A stretch of DNA of 64,000 nucleotides from NCBI RefSeq assembly GCF_001194135.2, contig NC_068986.1, positions 114,890,645-114,954,644 on the forward strand, read 5' to 3'. Position numbers and translations under genes: made by a program. A model generated the notes under the pieces. That model saw only the letters and a list, made by a program, of their open reading frames with translations, had not been told where the DNA came from and ran no database searches. The number at the start of each line of letters is the position of its first letter. Positions within the stretch are counted from its first letter, which is position 1. Shown here one piece after another: positions 13,870 through 27,737 of this stretch. This DNA is from Octopus bimaculoides (lineage: Eukaryota).

Positions 13870-15997
13870 TTGTTTAACCTTTTCTCTCACACAAAGGAGA
13901 GAGGGAGAGAGAGAGCTGTTTTAAGATGTCATGTCCGAATAGCAACCTTTAAAATCATTCAGCCGACCTACAACAACCACAATAATAGAAGAATTAAAAT
14001 ACTTTCTTCTAAAACAGTCTCGAGGTTATTTTATCAAATTAAAAGTCGCTTCAGTTTATCTGAGAGAAGGGTTTCAACTTGTTTTGTTTCAATTTGTTTC
14101 TTGAGAACCAGAGGATATATCATGATACTATTCTGAGAAGAGTGGTAAATTATTGAAATAAAAAAAAATTAATATCTTAGGAAAAATGACGAACAAAACA
14201 AAAGAAAATACAAACTTATTTCTACTACACACTGTTGTAACTAAAAGCCATCTTCAGCTGGAGAAGACGGTGTTGGCTTACAGAAGTTTCCTTTCTTTAT
14301 ATGTCCGGATTTCCCTTTGGGCATCATANNNNNNNNNNNNNNNNNNNNNNNNNNNNNNNNNNNNNNNNNNNNNNNNNNNNNNNNNNNNNNNNNNNNNNNN
14401 NNNNNNNNNNNNNNNNNNNNNNNNNNNNNNNNNNNNNNNNNNNNNNNNNNNNNNNNNNNNNNNNNNNNNNNNNNNNNNNNNNNNNNNNNNNNNNNNNNNN
14501 NNNNNNNNNNNNNNNNNNNNNNNNNNNNNNNNNNNNNNNNNNNNNNNNNNNNNNNNNNNNNNNNNNNNNNNNNNNNNNNNNNNNNNNNNNNNNNNNNNNN
14601 NNNNNNNNNNNNNNNNNNNNNNNNNNNNNNNNNNNNNNNNNNNNNNNNNNNNNNNNNNNNNNNNNNNNNNNNNNNNNNNNNNNNNNNNNNNNNNNNNNNN
14701 NNNNNNNNNNNNNNNNNNNNNNNNNNNNNNNNNNNNNNNNNNNNNNNNNNNNNNNNNNNNNNNNNNNNNNNNNNNNNNNNNNNNNNNNNNNNNNNNNNNN
14801 NNNNNNNNNNNNNNNNNNNNNNNNNNNNNNNNNNNNNNNNNNNNNNNNNNNNNNNNNNNNNNNNNNNNNNNNNNNNNNNNNNNNNNNNNNNNNNCCGGCA
14901 TGCTAACGTTTCTGCTAGCTCGCCACCTTGAATACCAGTAATATTGAAAACCAGTGTATATTTAGCCAACCATTTCGCCACTTCACAATATTGGTTTCGT
15001 ATCCGGGTGGGGTGGGGGTGGGGGTCATTATAGGTGGCTTGTTGAAAATGGTTTAGAAAACCTTTTGGAGACAATCCTCGGGCAACCAGGCGAAGTTTTG
15101 GTCGCTCATTGGCTTTCACTGGCTTATTTGATCAATGACAGAGCAATACATCTCAGTAACTGGTTATATAAACAGAGATGTATGTGTTTTTTTTATTTCT
15201 CGGTAAGAATCAATGGAATCGCTCGCAGTCTACTTTTGTTTTGTTTGTTGCAATACGAGACACTTCTCAGATGAACGAAACATCAATTTGCCGTATCTCG
15301 ATTCCTCTAGGTTGCTTCATTTCATATGCTGAGTTCCTCTTTATTATCATAGCAACAGTTTTCCTTTCACACTACACGTGACACTACGCGTTTACCTCAA
15401 AATGATTGTTGTGAGTGAAAATAGTTACTTTTCTAGGCATGAATTTCTGTTTCAGTCAAATCTGTATTTTTACGATCTTTTGGAAATAAATACTTGAATT
15501 TTAACGACATTGATTTATCTTTCCACTTAGGCTGGTAGAAGTCTACCTTCTGGTGATTTGTAGAAAGTAAAGAGAACTTGCTTATAGATTTTATTGTTGT
15601 CTCTCGCATCCATATTTTGTACAAAAAGTATAAACAGTAATGAAGAGGTCTAATAAGACCGAAACACGTCATCCCCCGACTGCATACTGTTTTAATCAAT
15701 CCTATCAATTAAAAATTGGGAGTTGTCCCACCTTGGCTTTCTTGAGAAGATATTCATAAAGCTCAAAGAAAGTATGGATGTAATTTAGATCACTAAAATA
15801 AGTGTGTGTGTGTGTGAGAGAATATATTAAAGTTTATTTTATTTTCTGTGTACCACCGGAAGCTAAGGTCGAGTCACTCTGGCCTAAGCTAAAACCTACG
15901 ATATAGTGTTTTCTATATCTGGGGGGAAAAAATCTCTTCATTCAACCAAAAAATTTATGCACTTTGCACTTTAAACCCATAATATACAACAATAGAA

Positions 15998-16208
15998 AGG
16001 CGGTGTGCTGGCAGAATCGTTAGCAGGCCGAGCGAAATGCTTAGCGATTTTGTCTGTCTTTACGTTCTGAGTTCAAATTTCATCGAGGTCGACTTTGCCT
16101 TTTATCCTTTTGGGGTCGACAAATTAAGTACCAGTTGCGTCCTGGGTCGTTCTAATCGACTGCCCCTCCCCCCAAATTTCTGGCCTTGTGCCTAGAGTAG
16201 AAAAGAAT
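15998..16208 (+). mobile_element. SINE family D (~210 bp)
   Basis: gctggcagaatcgttag...gagttcaaat...ggccttgtgcctagagtagaaaag; further copies at 18211, 18480, 44090, 54657, 58620, 31825 and 43622. Confidence 0.82.
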
Positions 16209-17627
16209 ATACTATGATAGATAAATACAATGAAGTGTAGCTTTGTAAGTGGATTTGATAGGCGGAGACTGAAAGAAGGCCGTCGTACATACATATTTAT
16301 ATTTAGTTAAATGTATGTCCGGTCATAGAATGACCAATGATTTCACCTCCGTAAAGCGCTTAGCTTTATAGACAATTCGTCAGACCAATTCTAATGGTGG
16401 AGGGCATATAACTTCTCTTCGATCCAGAGGTAGAAATCTGTTATGGTCAGTTAATTTATAAACAAAGAATAAAATACCAATTTGTGTTGAAAGAGCCAAG
16501 ACGAGTCATCTCCCTTAGACCAATTCAGTTGGCAAATGGACTTTAGGGACGGACAAGGAATCTCCGCCCTTAGGCTGTTTCCGGTTTGCAAGGACCTTTT
16601 CTGGCTCTAATCAATGAATGGGGAATCCCATGCCTACAGCATGTAGCATTTCAAATGGGGGAAGGAGTTATAGATTTCATTATTTTGTACCCCCCGACAC
16701 TATAGCAAGCCTATCAGATGTTCCCGATAGAAAAACAGTAGAGAGTTATCTACAGAATCTGAAGATGTATGTAGAAACTTTAATTTAAAAAATATTCATT
16801 TTTCTGAAAGTTATGAGGAAACAAATTCGTTATGTATATTGAGTAGGGGACACTTGTGTAGATATGCCCAATGAACAATGTTTCAGTCAGTAAAAGACAA
16901 AGATCACACACAAATTACAAACTACAAACAAAATAAAAATAACGTTTGAAATGGGTTGACGCATTACAGTCCAAAATAATTAAAACCAGAAATAAGGAAT
17001 GCGGTGACATAAGTTCCATTGCGTTTCGCTACTAACATTCCAGTAGTTATACCTTGTTCTGTCAGTTGTAAACAAACTACGTTTCCTGAGGATATGATTT
17101 AACGCAAACGTCAATAAATATATGATTAAAATGGCATTCACAAAATTCAGCCAAGTAAATCACTTAAAACAGTGTATAACTGAACGTCTGTGTTTAAAGA
17201 TATGTTTTTGAATTCAAAATTTTAAGTTCTGAGAAAAATGATTTGTTTTTCTGTCACTGAAACGAATGAGATTGCAGTTCTCCATTCCAGTAATTTTAAG
17301 CAACTACATTGTTTTCGACATATCGCTAACATTTTATGTCAATCCTTTCCAAAAGCTACGTCGCTGACTAAACAACGTTCTACATCCACCTTATTCTATT
17401 TATACACCACATTCTTTGTGGCTATGAACAAATATATATTAAAGATCATCTATCACCAAAATAGTCACGATATCACAACTATATAAAGTCACTTATCAAA
17501 CACGTACTAGCTTTGAAACACTCACGTGTTTATGTGTAATATTGTGAAAAGGCAATAAATAATATACATAAACAAAATGACTAGTTTCAGGTCGAGGTAA
17601 CAGGTTCTGTTACTAGATATCTTCGGA

Positions 17628-17785
17628 ATGACTGATGATTTCCAACTAGTTGTTCGACCCAAACGGCGCCAGAAATTTCGCAAAGCTAAACAGTTCAAAG
17701 ATGGTATTATTAGTTTTGGAAGTTCTCTCGCACCTGAGTGTCAGGAATCGAAACAGTCTATCCTACATAAACTACAAAAATGCAG
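17628..17785 (+). CDS. SRRD: SRRD exon 1
   Basis: MTDDFQLVVRPKRRQKFRKAK...HKLQKC, donor AG|GTAAAA. Confidence 0.88.
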
Positions 17786-20409
17786 GTAAAAAGAATTTCA
17801 ATGATTTGTAATGTGTGTATGTAATTAAAGATAGGGCCGAACATTATTGTTCGTTAAAATCCGTCAAAATTTAAAGTAATATGGCATAAGTTCCAGTAAT
17901 AGGCTGTGGTAGTCAATGTGTTAAATGATAATGGTGATGGTGTTATTTATAAAATATTTACAATGTAGAATGTTGTTTTTGTTGAGCTACATGTCATGGG
18001 TATTATTCTTCTGATTAAAGAATACAAACCCCTCCCCCCAAAACCCTAAAAAAACCAAGTGTATTTAGGGTGACATTATTCAACGTATCCTTTTTTTTAT
18101 GATGGTAGACTGATCTGAGAGGGAAATTTGGTTCCTTTTTCTTGCAGACTGAGGATGCTTCATTGGCCTTTTGAACTTTGTAGAACTAATGCATTCATTA
18201 ATATAACTATAAGGCGGTGAGCTGGCAGAATCGTTAGCATGCTGGGCAAAATACTTAGTGGCATTTCGTCTGTCTTTACATTCTGAGTTCAAATCCCACC
18301 AAAGTCGACTTTACCTTTTATCCATTTTGGGGTCAATAAAATGAGTACCAGTTGAATGCTGGGGTTGATGTAATCAACTTACCTCCACCCCTGAAATTGC
18401 TGGCCTTGTGCCAAAATTTGAAACTAATAACTATAACTAATATAAACTATAGCAGTATTATGTCAATATTATGTCATTACTGTGGTGAGATGGCAGAATC
18501 GTTAGCACGCCGGGCGAAATGCTTAGCGGTATTTCGTCTGTCTTTACGTTCTGGGTTCAAATTCTGCTGAGGTCAACTTTGCCTTTCATCCTTTTGGCGT
18601 TGATAAATTAAGAACCAATTGCGTACTGGGGTCGATCCAATCGACTGGACCCTTCCCCCAAAATTTCGGGCCTTGTGCCTAGAATAGAAAAGAATATTGG
18701 GTCACTGCTCCAACAATACTGTGCCAATGCTTTGTCGTTATTATGTCATGGTTGTATCAATGTTGTCTGTTATATACACACGACAGACACGCAGAGGTGT
18801 GTATAATAAGAGTGTGTGTATAGCATGCACTTATGTTTATGTCTGCTCTATGTTATATTTTGATGTTCGTTTGCTCTCTTGTAGGAATGAAATAGAACTC
18901 TCGGATTTCTACACCAAATTCCAAGGTACCACTCTTGTTTATAGTTTCATTAGATTACAGTTGTTAATTATTACTAAATTCCAATGCATGGGTCACTTTT
19001 GGTTCTCTAGTTGGTGTGTCAGTGTGTCTATATACTAAATATGAGGTGTATTATCAACTCTAGTATCTTGTATGAGGTGAGATATTGTGTGTCTCCTAAT
19101 TCATTGCTACTGGGCTTCTGTTAGATGTGTATTATCTGGTTTAAGACTTTAGATGTTGGGTGTGCTTTTGTTTTTTGATTTTAGGTTTGGACTGGGGGAA
19201 GGATTGTGCTCTGAGCCATTGATGTGACCTTTTAAAACTGTTGAGATTGATGTTTGTCTTGAACAATTGCAAGTTGATAACTGCAGAGAAAACATGGGCA
19301 GAAGGAATTCCAGAGGTGCTGGTGCCACTGGGAAAATGGACAGAGTGCAGAGGTTGGGATGATGGGGGAGGTGGAGAGATGAGTGAGTCAGAAGTGTTTG
19401 GGTGTGAGTATGAGAATATTTTGTTATGAGAAAGCAAGCCATCATAGTAGCAGGAGAATATGTAGAGAGAAGAGATGGTATGTCTGTGTGACAGAGTTTA
19501 GTGTCACATGTCTGTTACACGTTCTGGTTGTATTTCTTACACTAAATCTAATTGCAATGTCATGGCTTAAAGCTCTCTACTACTTAGTTTAGGTCTCTTT
19601 ATTTTGTTGGTGGACTAAATGTTCTATCTCAGATTTATGTTTTCGGGTGGTACACATATTTGGAAAACTACTATTTTTAAATCTCACAGCCTGAGATATT
19701 CAGCAACAGTACTTTGTAGTAAAGATTGTCTGCTAACATAACATGGCAGTCCTGGTTTAGGACGAATGTTGCTGTAATTTAGCCCTAGGAGACATCGTTT
19801 CCAGCTGGCTATACAACACAATCTGTGTCCTTACATTTTTCGAACAAGGGAATCTAGCACCCCCACTCAACTCACAACAATATCTGTGTATCGCGATTTC
19901 TGGGTTATTTCCCTTCATCAGCACAGAATAATTGTTCAGCTAGAGGTGGCGCTGCCAAATTCCCATTCGAAATATATAGTTTACAAAGTGACAACTAATC
20001 ACTGATCTATAAATTAGAAAATTACTATTTTTAAATCTCGCAACAAGAGATATTCAGCAACAGTACTTTGGAGTAAAGATTGTTTGCCAACATAATATGG
20101 CAGTCCTGGTTTAGGATGAATATTTGTTTGAAATTGATCATGCATCAGTTAATGGTTTTTACCAATCTCTCAGTGGCATAGAATTGGTGCTTTAATTTTT
20201 ATATCAATCCCTTTTTAAAAAATATCTTACCAGTATAGTTGCACGCTTGACTATGTTGTAAGAAGCTTGCTTTCCAACCACATGATTCCGGGTTCAGTGC
20301 CACTGTGTAGCACCTTCAGCATTGGTCTTCTACTATAAGCCTTGGGCTGACCAAAACCTTGTGAGTGGATTTGGTGGATGGAAACTGAAAGAAGCCTGTT
20401 GTGTGTGTA

Positions 20410-20464
<55 letters not shown>

Positions 20465-22588
20465 ACCACTGCTTGACAACTGGTGATGATGTGTTTATGT
20501 CCCTGTAAGTTTGTGTTTTGGCAAAAGAGACCAATTGAAAAAGTACCAGGCTTAAAATAAGTCCTGGGGTCGATTCATTCAACTAAAATTCTTCAAGGCA
20601 GTGCCCCAGCATGGCCACACTCTGACTACTGAAACAAGTAAAGAAGAAAAAAAACCCAGTCTGTATTGTTGGTAGGATATTTGGACGGATTTAAAGTAGA
20701 GGTGGTCATTAGTTGGAAGTGAAGGATGTCATTTGTTTTTACCTCTTTGTTTCAATTTGTGGAAAAAATCAGATTATTAAGATAATAATTATCGTTATCT
20801 ATGATAAAATATTTCTTACTGAAAAATGAATAAGTGAAGTTCATGAGTTTCTCAAGGACAGTTGTAGCACAAAATGAAGTGAACTCATCCTAAACGGGAT
20901 GTAAAACCTTTTTAAATATTTCCTGCATATTTTTTCAGAAATTCTGGTGAAGAAGATTTCTGAATGTTTGCTGTCTTGTCATTATGAACAGTTAATGACT
21001 GCAACGGACTGTGGAGTTTCTAACGAGACTTTTGGAGAAATTTCTCCTGAACACAGCACAAGTTTGGAAGAGACCTTCAAACACCTGTTAAGTTTGCAAG
21101 ATGACACCCCAAAAGATGAATCTTCTTCCCAGGTAAAGATGGAAGAATGTATAACACAATTGGCTCCACTTAAACTTGAACTTGTGGCTTATGGTATTGG
21201 ACATTTTGCTGAGTGTAAAATCGCACAGTACCAGTTGGCTTTGATGATGGCTATATGTGACCAGTTTAAGGTAGGCAATTTTCCATCTGTGTTCACCATT
21301 CACTTTATTCTTCTCCCCCACTGTCTCCCATGTTCTTTTGCACTCTTGCAAACTCACCTCCCCACTCAATACTCTGTTCCACTTCATTTATAATTGCATC
21401 CCTGTAACTTGAGGGTACACCCTGACATATCTTTACTATCATCTCCTTTCTCTTTTCCAAGTGGGTCCATGTATTTCTTCTACAGTAGTGGTTCCCAAAC
21501 TTTTTCGGGCTGCCACCCCCTTGACACCCAGGCCACATTACTAGTGCCCCCACCCCAACTAACCCTCACAAACATAGACTTCTTTCTGAAGCAAATTCAA
21601 AGCAACTGTATTTCACAAATAAAACTTAACCTAATGAATCCATTATTTTGTTGTTTTTACATGAATTGCCACCCCATTATCACCCCAATTTTTACATGAA
21701 TCGCTACCCCATCATCGCCCCACTTTTCTTCAATGCCCCCTTAGAACTTTCCACTGCCTCCAGGGAGGCAATACTGCCCACTTTGAAAACCACTGCTCTA
21801 CAGCAAGACACCTGTCTCCGTCTGTCTATCATACCTGTCATCAACCTGGAACAAAGCCACTTCCCTCAGTATTACTTCTCTCTCGTTTGAGGAGTCTTGT
21901 CTGGCAATTTACTTGGTGACATCACTGCTGCTGGTGCCATGTAAAAAGCACCCAGGGCAGTGTAAGGGTGTTGGCATCAAGAAGGCATCTAACCATAGAA
22001 ACCATACCAAAGCAGACCCTAGAGCTTAGTGCAATCCTCTGATTTGCCAGCTCCTGTCAAACTGTCCAACCCATACCAGCATGGAAAATGATCATTAAAC
22101 TATGAAGATGATGTATGATGTTTTTGTAAAAAGTATGATGCTGCATGGCAGCAAAAAGCCTCCTCATTGGTTTGGGAAAAGCAACTATTCTGAGGATGTT
22201 CTTGGTTGTTGCAGTTCTATATTTAAGACATGAGGAATTATGTACATTATTCACATTGTTTACATTTGATGGATATTTGTCCTCATCTTGTTTGTCGTTA
22301 ACACAACATTTTGGCTGATATACCTTCCAGCCATCATCAGGTGTCTTGGGGAAATTTCGAACCTGGGTTCTCATTCCTAAGGTATTTTTCGATAATATTA
22401 TTATTATTATTATTCAGGTCACTACCTGGAATTGAACTTGGATCTTGGGGTTAGTAGCCCGTGCTCTTAACCACTATGCCATATGCTCATGGGCATATGG
22501 CGTTGTGGTTTTAAGAGTGCAGGCTACTAACCCCAAGATTCCGAGTTCGATTCCAGGCTGTGAACTGAATAATAATAATAATATAATA

Positions 22589-22643
<55 letters not shown>

Positions 22644-23125
22644 CAACAACAATAAACGATGTAAATAATGTTCTTGATTGCTATTCTAAATAGTTGGGTT
22701 ATGTTGTTGTTTCCTCCTAGGTCAGCTCTCATCTTGTGGTTCTACGATCAAAGGCTTTCCAACCATGACTGTCTTGTCTTTTAGTATATCTAGGATTGTA
22801 CTGTCCAATGGGTCCTTCATATTTTAGAGTGTATTGTGCAATTTTAGGGAGACTTGACTACTATTTTAAGCAGTGATGTCAGAGATGCTCTGTAATTGAT
22901 GTTGTCAGCCTAAAATGTTGTTGTTGGTGATATTGGAGCTAGTAATAATAAATACAGACTAGAAATCTATTTTGAAATCTTTGCAGCTGTCATTGCATCA
23001 ATGTTATACATATGATCCAGTTTGGTCGGACGTTGAGAAATCTGTGATACACAGCATTGGTGTCTCTCTGCTCTCCAAAAATGAAGTAAGCTTCTATTTA
23101 TTTAATATTACTAATGTTTAAAAGG

Positions 23126-23175
<50 letters not shown>

Positions 23176-24242
23176 GTCGTCGTCATCGTCGTCATTTAAC
23201 GTCCGCTTTCCATGCTAGCATGGGTTGGACGATTTGACTGAGGATTGGTGAACCAGGAGGCGATACCAGGCTCCAATCTGATTTGGCAGAGTTTCTACAG
23301 CTGGATGCCCTTCCTAACGCCAACCACTCCGAGAGTGTAGTGGGTGCTTTTACGTGCCACCGGCACGAGGGCCAGTCAGGCGTTGGGCAGTTTGACAGGA
23401 GCTGGTAAGCCAGAGGGTTGCACCACGCTCCAATTGTCCGATTTTGACTTGGATGTTTTTACAGCCGGATGCCCCTTTCTACTTCCAACCATCTTACTAA
23501 GTGTACTGGGTGCTTTTCATGTGGAACTGGGTTCTTTCTACATGGTGCCAGCATGGGTGCTTTTCATGTGGCACAGGTGCCCTTCATGTGGCATTGGTAT
23601 AGGTGCTTATCACATGTCATTGGCATGGATGCTTTCTATATGACACGGTCACTGGTGCTTTTTATATGGCACCGTAAATTAGAAATCATTATTAAAGTGC
23701 ATTAGTTGTGGGTTTCCAATAATCCAATCATTGGTTTTATTGCACTTCTGATGGCAGGATTAACTTGGGAGAGTCTGTGCAACTTGGGCTGAGTAAATAC
23801 CACAAAGTATTTTTGTTCAAATGCATAGGTTTATATGTTTCTTTGCTGATCTTTACCTTTTTTGAATGGCTGTATTGACAAAGGTCATTTCCCAACCACA
23901 TGGTTTTAGGTTCAGTCTCACAGTATGGCACCTTGGGCCAGTGTCTTCTACTGGGGTTTCAAGTTGATTAATGTCTTGCAAGTGAATTTGTTGGAGGGAA
24001 ACTGTGTAAGCCCATCATGTAGATACATACACACATATACTCTTTTACTCTTTTACTTGTTTCAGTCTTTCTGACTGTGGCCATGCTGGAGCACTGCCTT
24101 TAGTCGAGCAAATCGCCCCCAGGACTTATTCTTTGTAAGCCTAGCACTTATTCTATCGGTCGCTTTTGCCGAACCACTAAGTTACGGGGACATAAACACA
24201 CTAGCATCGGTTGTCAAGTGATGCTGTGGGGGGACAAACACA

Positions 24243-24279
<37 letters not shown>

Positions 24280-26162
24280 ACACATGTATACGAAGGGCTT
24301 CATTCCGTTTTTCCGCTACCAAATCCACTTACAAGGCTTTGGTCGGCCCGAGGCTATAGTAGAAGACACTTGCCCAAGGTTCCACGCAGTGGGACTGAAC
24401 CCGGAACCATGTGGTTCGTAAGCAAGCTACTTACCACACAGCCACTCCTGCACCTATAAAAATATATGTATGAACATCATCATCATCATCACACATATAT
24501 ATGTGTGTGCATGTGCATTTAATTAGTAATTAAAAGCAAACCATAGAATCAACATGCTGGAAACATATCTCTTATTTTACAGTACTTGATTAAGGACAAC
24601 AATGAGTGCCGTGAGGAGACATGTTGAAGTATGTTTGGCACCTTGGGCAAGTGTCTTCTACTATAGCCTCGGACTGACCAAAGCCTTGTGAGTGGATTTG
24701 GTAGACGGAAACTGAAAGAAGCCTTTCATATATATATGTGTGTGTGTATATGTTTGTCCCCCCAACGTCGCTTGACAACTGATGCTGGTGTGTTAACGTC
24801 CCCGTAACTTAGCAGTCCGGCAAAAGAAAACTGATAGAATAAGTACTAGGCTTCCAATGAATAAGTCCTGGGGTCGATTTGTTCGACTAAAGGCGGTGCT
24901 CCAGCATGGTCACAGTCGAATGACTGAAACAAGTAAAAGAGTAAACCCCTAGCAACAGTAATATGGTCGAAACGATGTCAGATGTCTATTAATTGATACT
25001 TTTTGTTCGTTTTGTTTACTAGGAAGGGAAGAGAAGCTGTCTGTCTAACAAGCTAACTCTGTTTTTGATGCCCCACTGTGGTACTGCATTGTACAACAAT
25101 TTACTCTGGGCCAACTGGAACCCTTCACAGCTAAGAAATCTAATCATTGTTGGTAACAGTTTCCAAAATCTTGTTGACAGGTGAGTCACTTGATAGTTTG
25201 TTTTTGTCTGTATCCTTTAACATTCTCATCATTGTCATGATGATGATGATGATGATGAAGCTTACCACTGCCACCACTACACCCTCCCCATCATCTTCAT
25301 TATTATTATCATCATCATCTCCGTCATGCTAAGTTTAAATGTATTTAATTTAGACACTACATCTGAAGAACATCATCATCATCATTCTCATCATTTAATG
25401 TCTGTTCTCCAAACTGGTATGGATTGGATAAAATTAAGGAAGCTGTTGTGACATGGAATTGAACTCTGGTCTCCCATGTGGCAGGCAGAGATACTTACCA
25501 ATATACTACCAAGGACGTAGAGGCACAATGGCCCAGTGGTTAGAGCAGTGGACTTGCCGTCGTAGGATCGCGGTTTCGATTCTCAGATCGGGCGTTGTGA
25601 GTGTTTATTGAGCGAAAACACCTAAAAGCTCCACGAGGCTCCGGCAGGGGATGGTGGCGAATCGTGCTGTACCCTTTCGCCCCAACTTTCTCTGACGCTT
25701 ACTTCCTGTTTCTGTTGTGCCTGTAATTTAAAGGGTCAGCCTTGTCACTCTGTGTCATGCTGAATATCCCCGAGAACTACGTTAAGGGTACACGTGTCTG
25801 TGGAGTGCTCAGCCACTTGCACGTTAATTTCACGAGCAGGCTGTTCCGTTGATTGGGTCAACTGAAACCCTCGACGTCACAACCGACAGAGTGCCACTAC
25901 CAAGGACAGATGGGACTGCCATGGCTGGAATATCTTTGATCTTGGATCTGTCAGTCATAGCTTACATGTGGTTAACAACAATGTGCAGGAGTGGCTGTGT
26001 GGTAAGTAGTTTGCTTACCAACCACATGGTTCTGGGTTCAGTCCCACTGCGTGGCACCTTGGGCAAGTGTCTTCTGCTATAGCCTCGGACTGACCAAAGC
26101 CTTGTGAGTGGATTTGGTAGACGGAAACTGAAAGAAGACCGTCGTATATATGTATATATATA

Positions 26163-26205
<43 letters not shown>

Positions 26206-27686
26206 ATATGTTTGTGTGTCTGTGTTTGTCCCCCCAACTTCGCTTGACAACCAAGGCTGGTGTGTTTATGTCCCCGTAACTTAACGGTTCGGCAAAAAGA
26301 GACCGATAGAATAAGTACTAGGCTCACAAAAAATAAGTCCTGGGGTCGATTTGCTCGACTAAAAGGCGGTGCCCCAGCATGGCCGCAGTCAAATGACTGA
26401 AACAAGTAAAAGAGTAAAAGAGTACCTCTATATAATAGCAATTTCCATGGAGGCTACACATACTGTATTGAAATATATACAGGTGCTTGTAGAGCTCCTA
26501 TATAACCAGTGTTAAACAACCGGAACAAGCAAACCATATCACTAAATTCACTCTCAGCATCCTCCAAGATACAGTTCTGCTCAGAACTGCAACAGTCGGC
26601 CAGTTCTGGAACATGTTAAATCACACTAATCGTTCTAACCTTTATTGTCTTCTTTTACTTGGTTCTGTCACTTGACTGTGGCCATGCTGGAGCACTGCCT
26701 TTAGTCGAAGAAATCGACCCCAGGACTTATTCTTTGTAGGTTTAGTACTTATTCTGTTGGCTTCTTTTGCTGAACCGCTACGTTACGGGGACGTAAACAC
26801 ACCAGCATTGGTTGTCAAGCAATGATGGGGGGACAAACACAGACACACACACACACACACATATACATATATACGACGGGCTTCTTTCAGTTTCTACTCA
26901 TTTCTACAGCTGAATGAATTGGAGCAACATGAAATAAAGTGTCTTGCTCAAGAACACAACACAGTCCAGCCCATGAATCAAACTCACTACCTCATGATTG
27001 TAAGCCCAACGCTCTAACCACTGAGCCACATGCCTTCATTGCACATTAATTCAGTGATACTGAATTCTTGTCCTCCTTCAGAACTGTCGATCTCCATTGT
27101 TTTGTTCTTCACCATCTGCTGGTTCACACACAGTCAGTCAGTCATCCAGTGTTTTAAATCCGGGTTTTGTCCTCAGATCTACCTCAATGCCACAGCAACC
27201 ACCCTCACACCATCTCGCCCAGTTTTGGGCGGTTTTGGGCATCCTCCTTTTTCAAGCCAACCTTCCCAATCTCCTCCACCTGTCCCCTCTACCTTTCCCT
27301 CGGTCTACCTCGCTTTCGTGCTCTATTTACCTCAAACGCAATCACCCTCCTCAGAACATGCTCTTCATCCCTCCTTGCAATATGGAACTGCAAAGATCTT
27401 TATCAGTCATTGACTGCAAACGTGCTGAGGCACCGCCCTCAACGTGCTGAGGCACCGCCCTCAACGTGCTGAGGCACCGCCCTCAACGTGCTGAGGCACC
27501 GCCCTCAACGTGCTGAGGCACCGCCCTCAACGGGTTCAGCCAGTTACATTGCATCCCTCACCCCACACTCCATTCATTAACCATTTTATTAATACCTCTT
27601 CATTCAATGACTGCACCCAAGATACATTCAGTAAGAGTTCTCTCCCTTTTACAAATTTAATGCAGCACACTGACACCCATATACAC

Positions 27687-27737
<51 letters not shown>

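Noticed and set aside
15433-15708. 91-aa ORF between POLDIP2 and SRRD
   Set aside because: No recognisable domain, no ATG context and no linked exons.
27419-27532. CRISPR-like array
   Set aside because: The repeats are contiguous with no spacers, in a eukaryotic intron.
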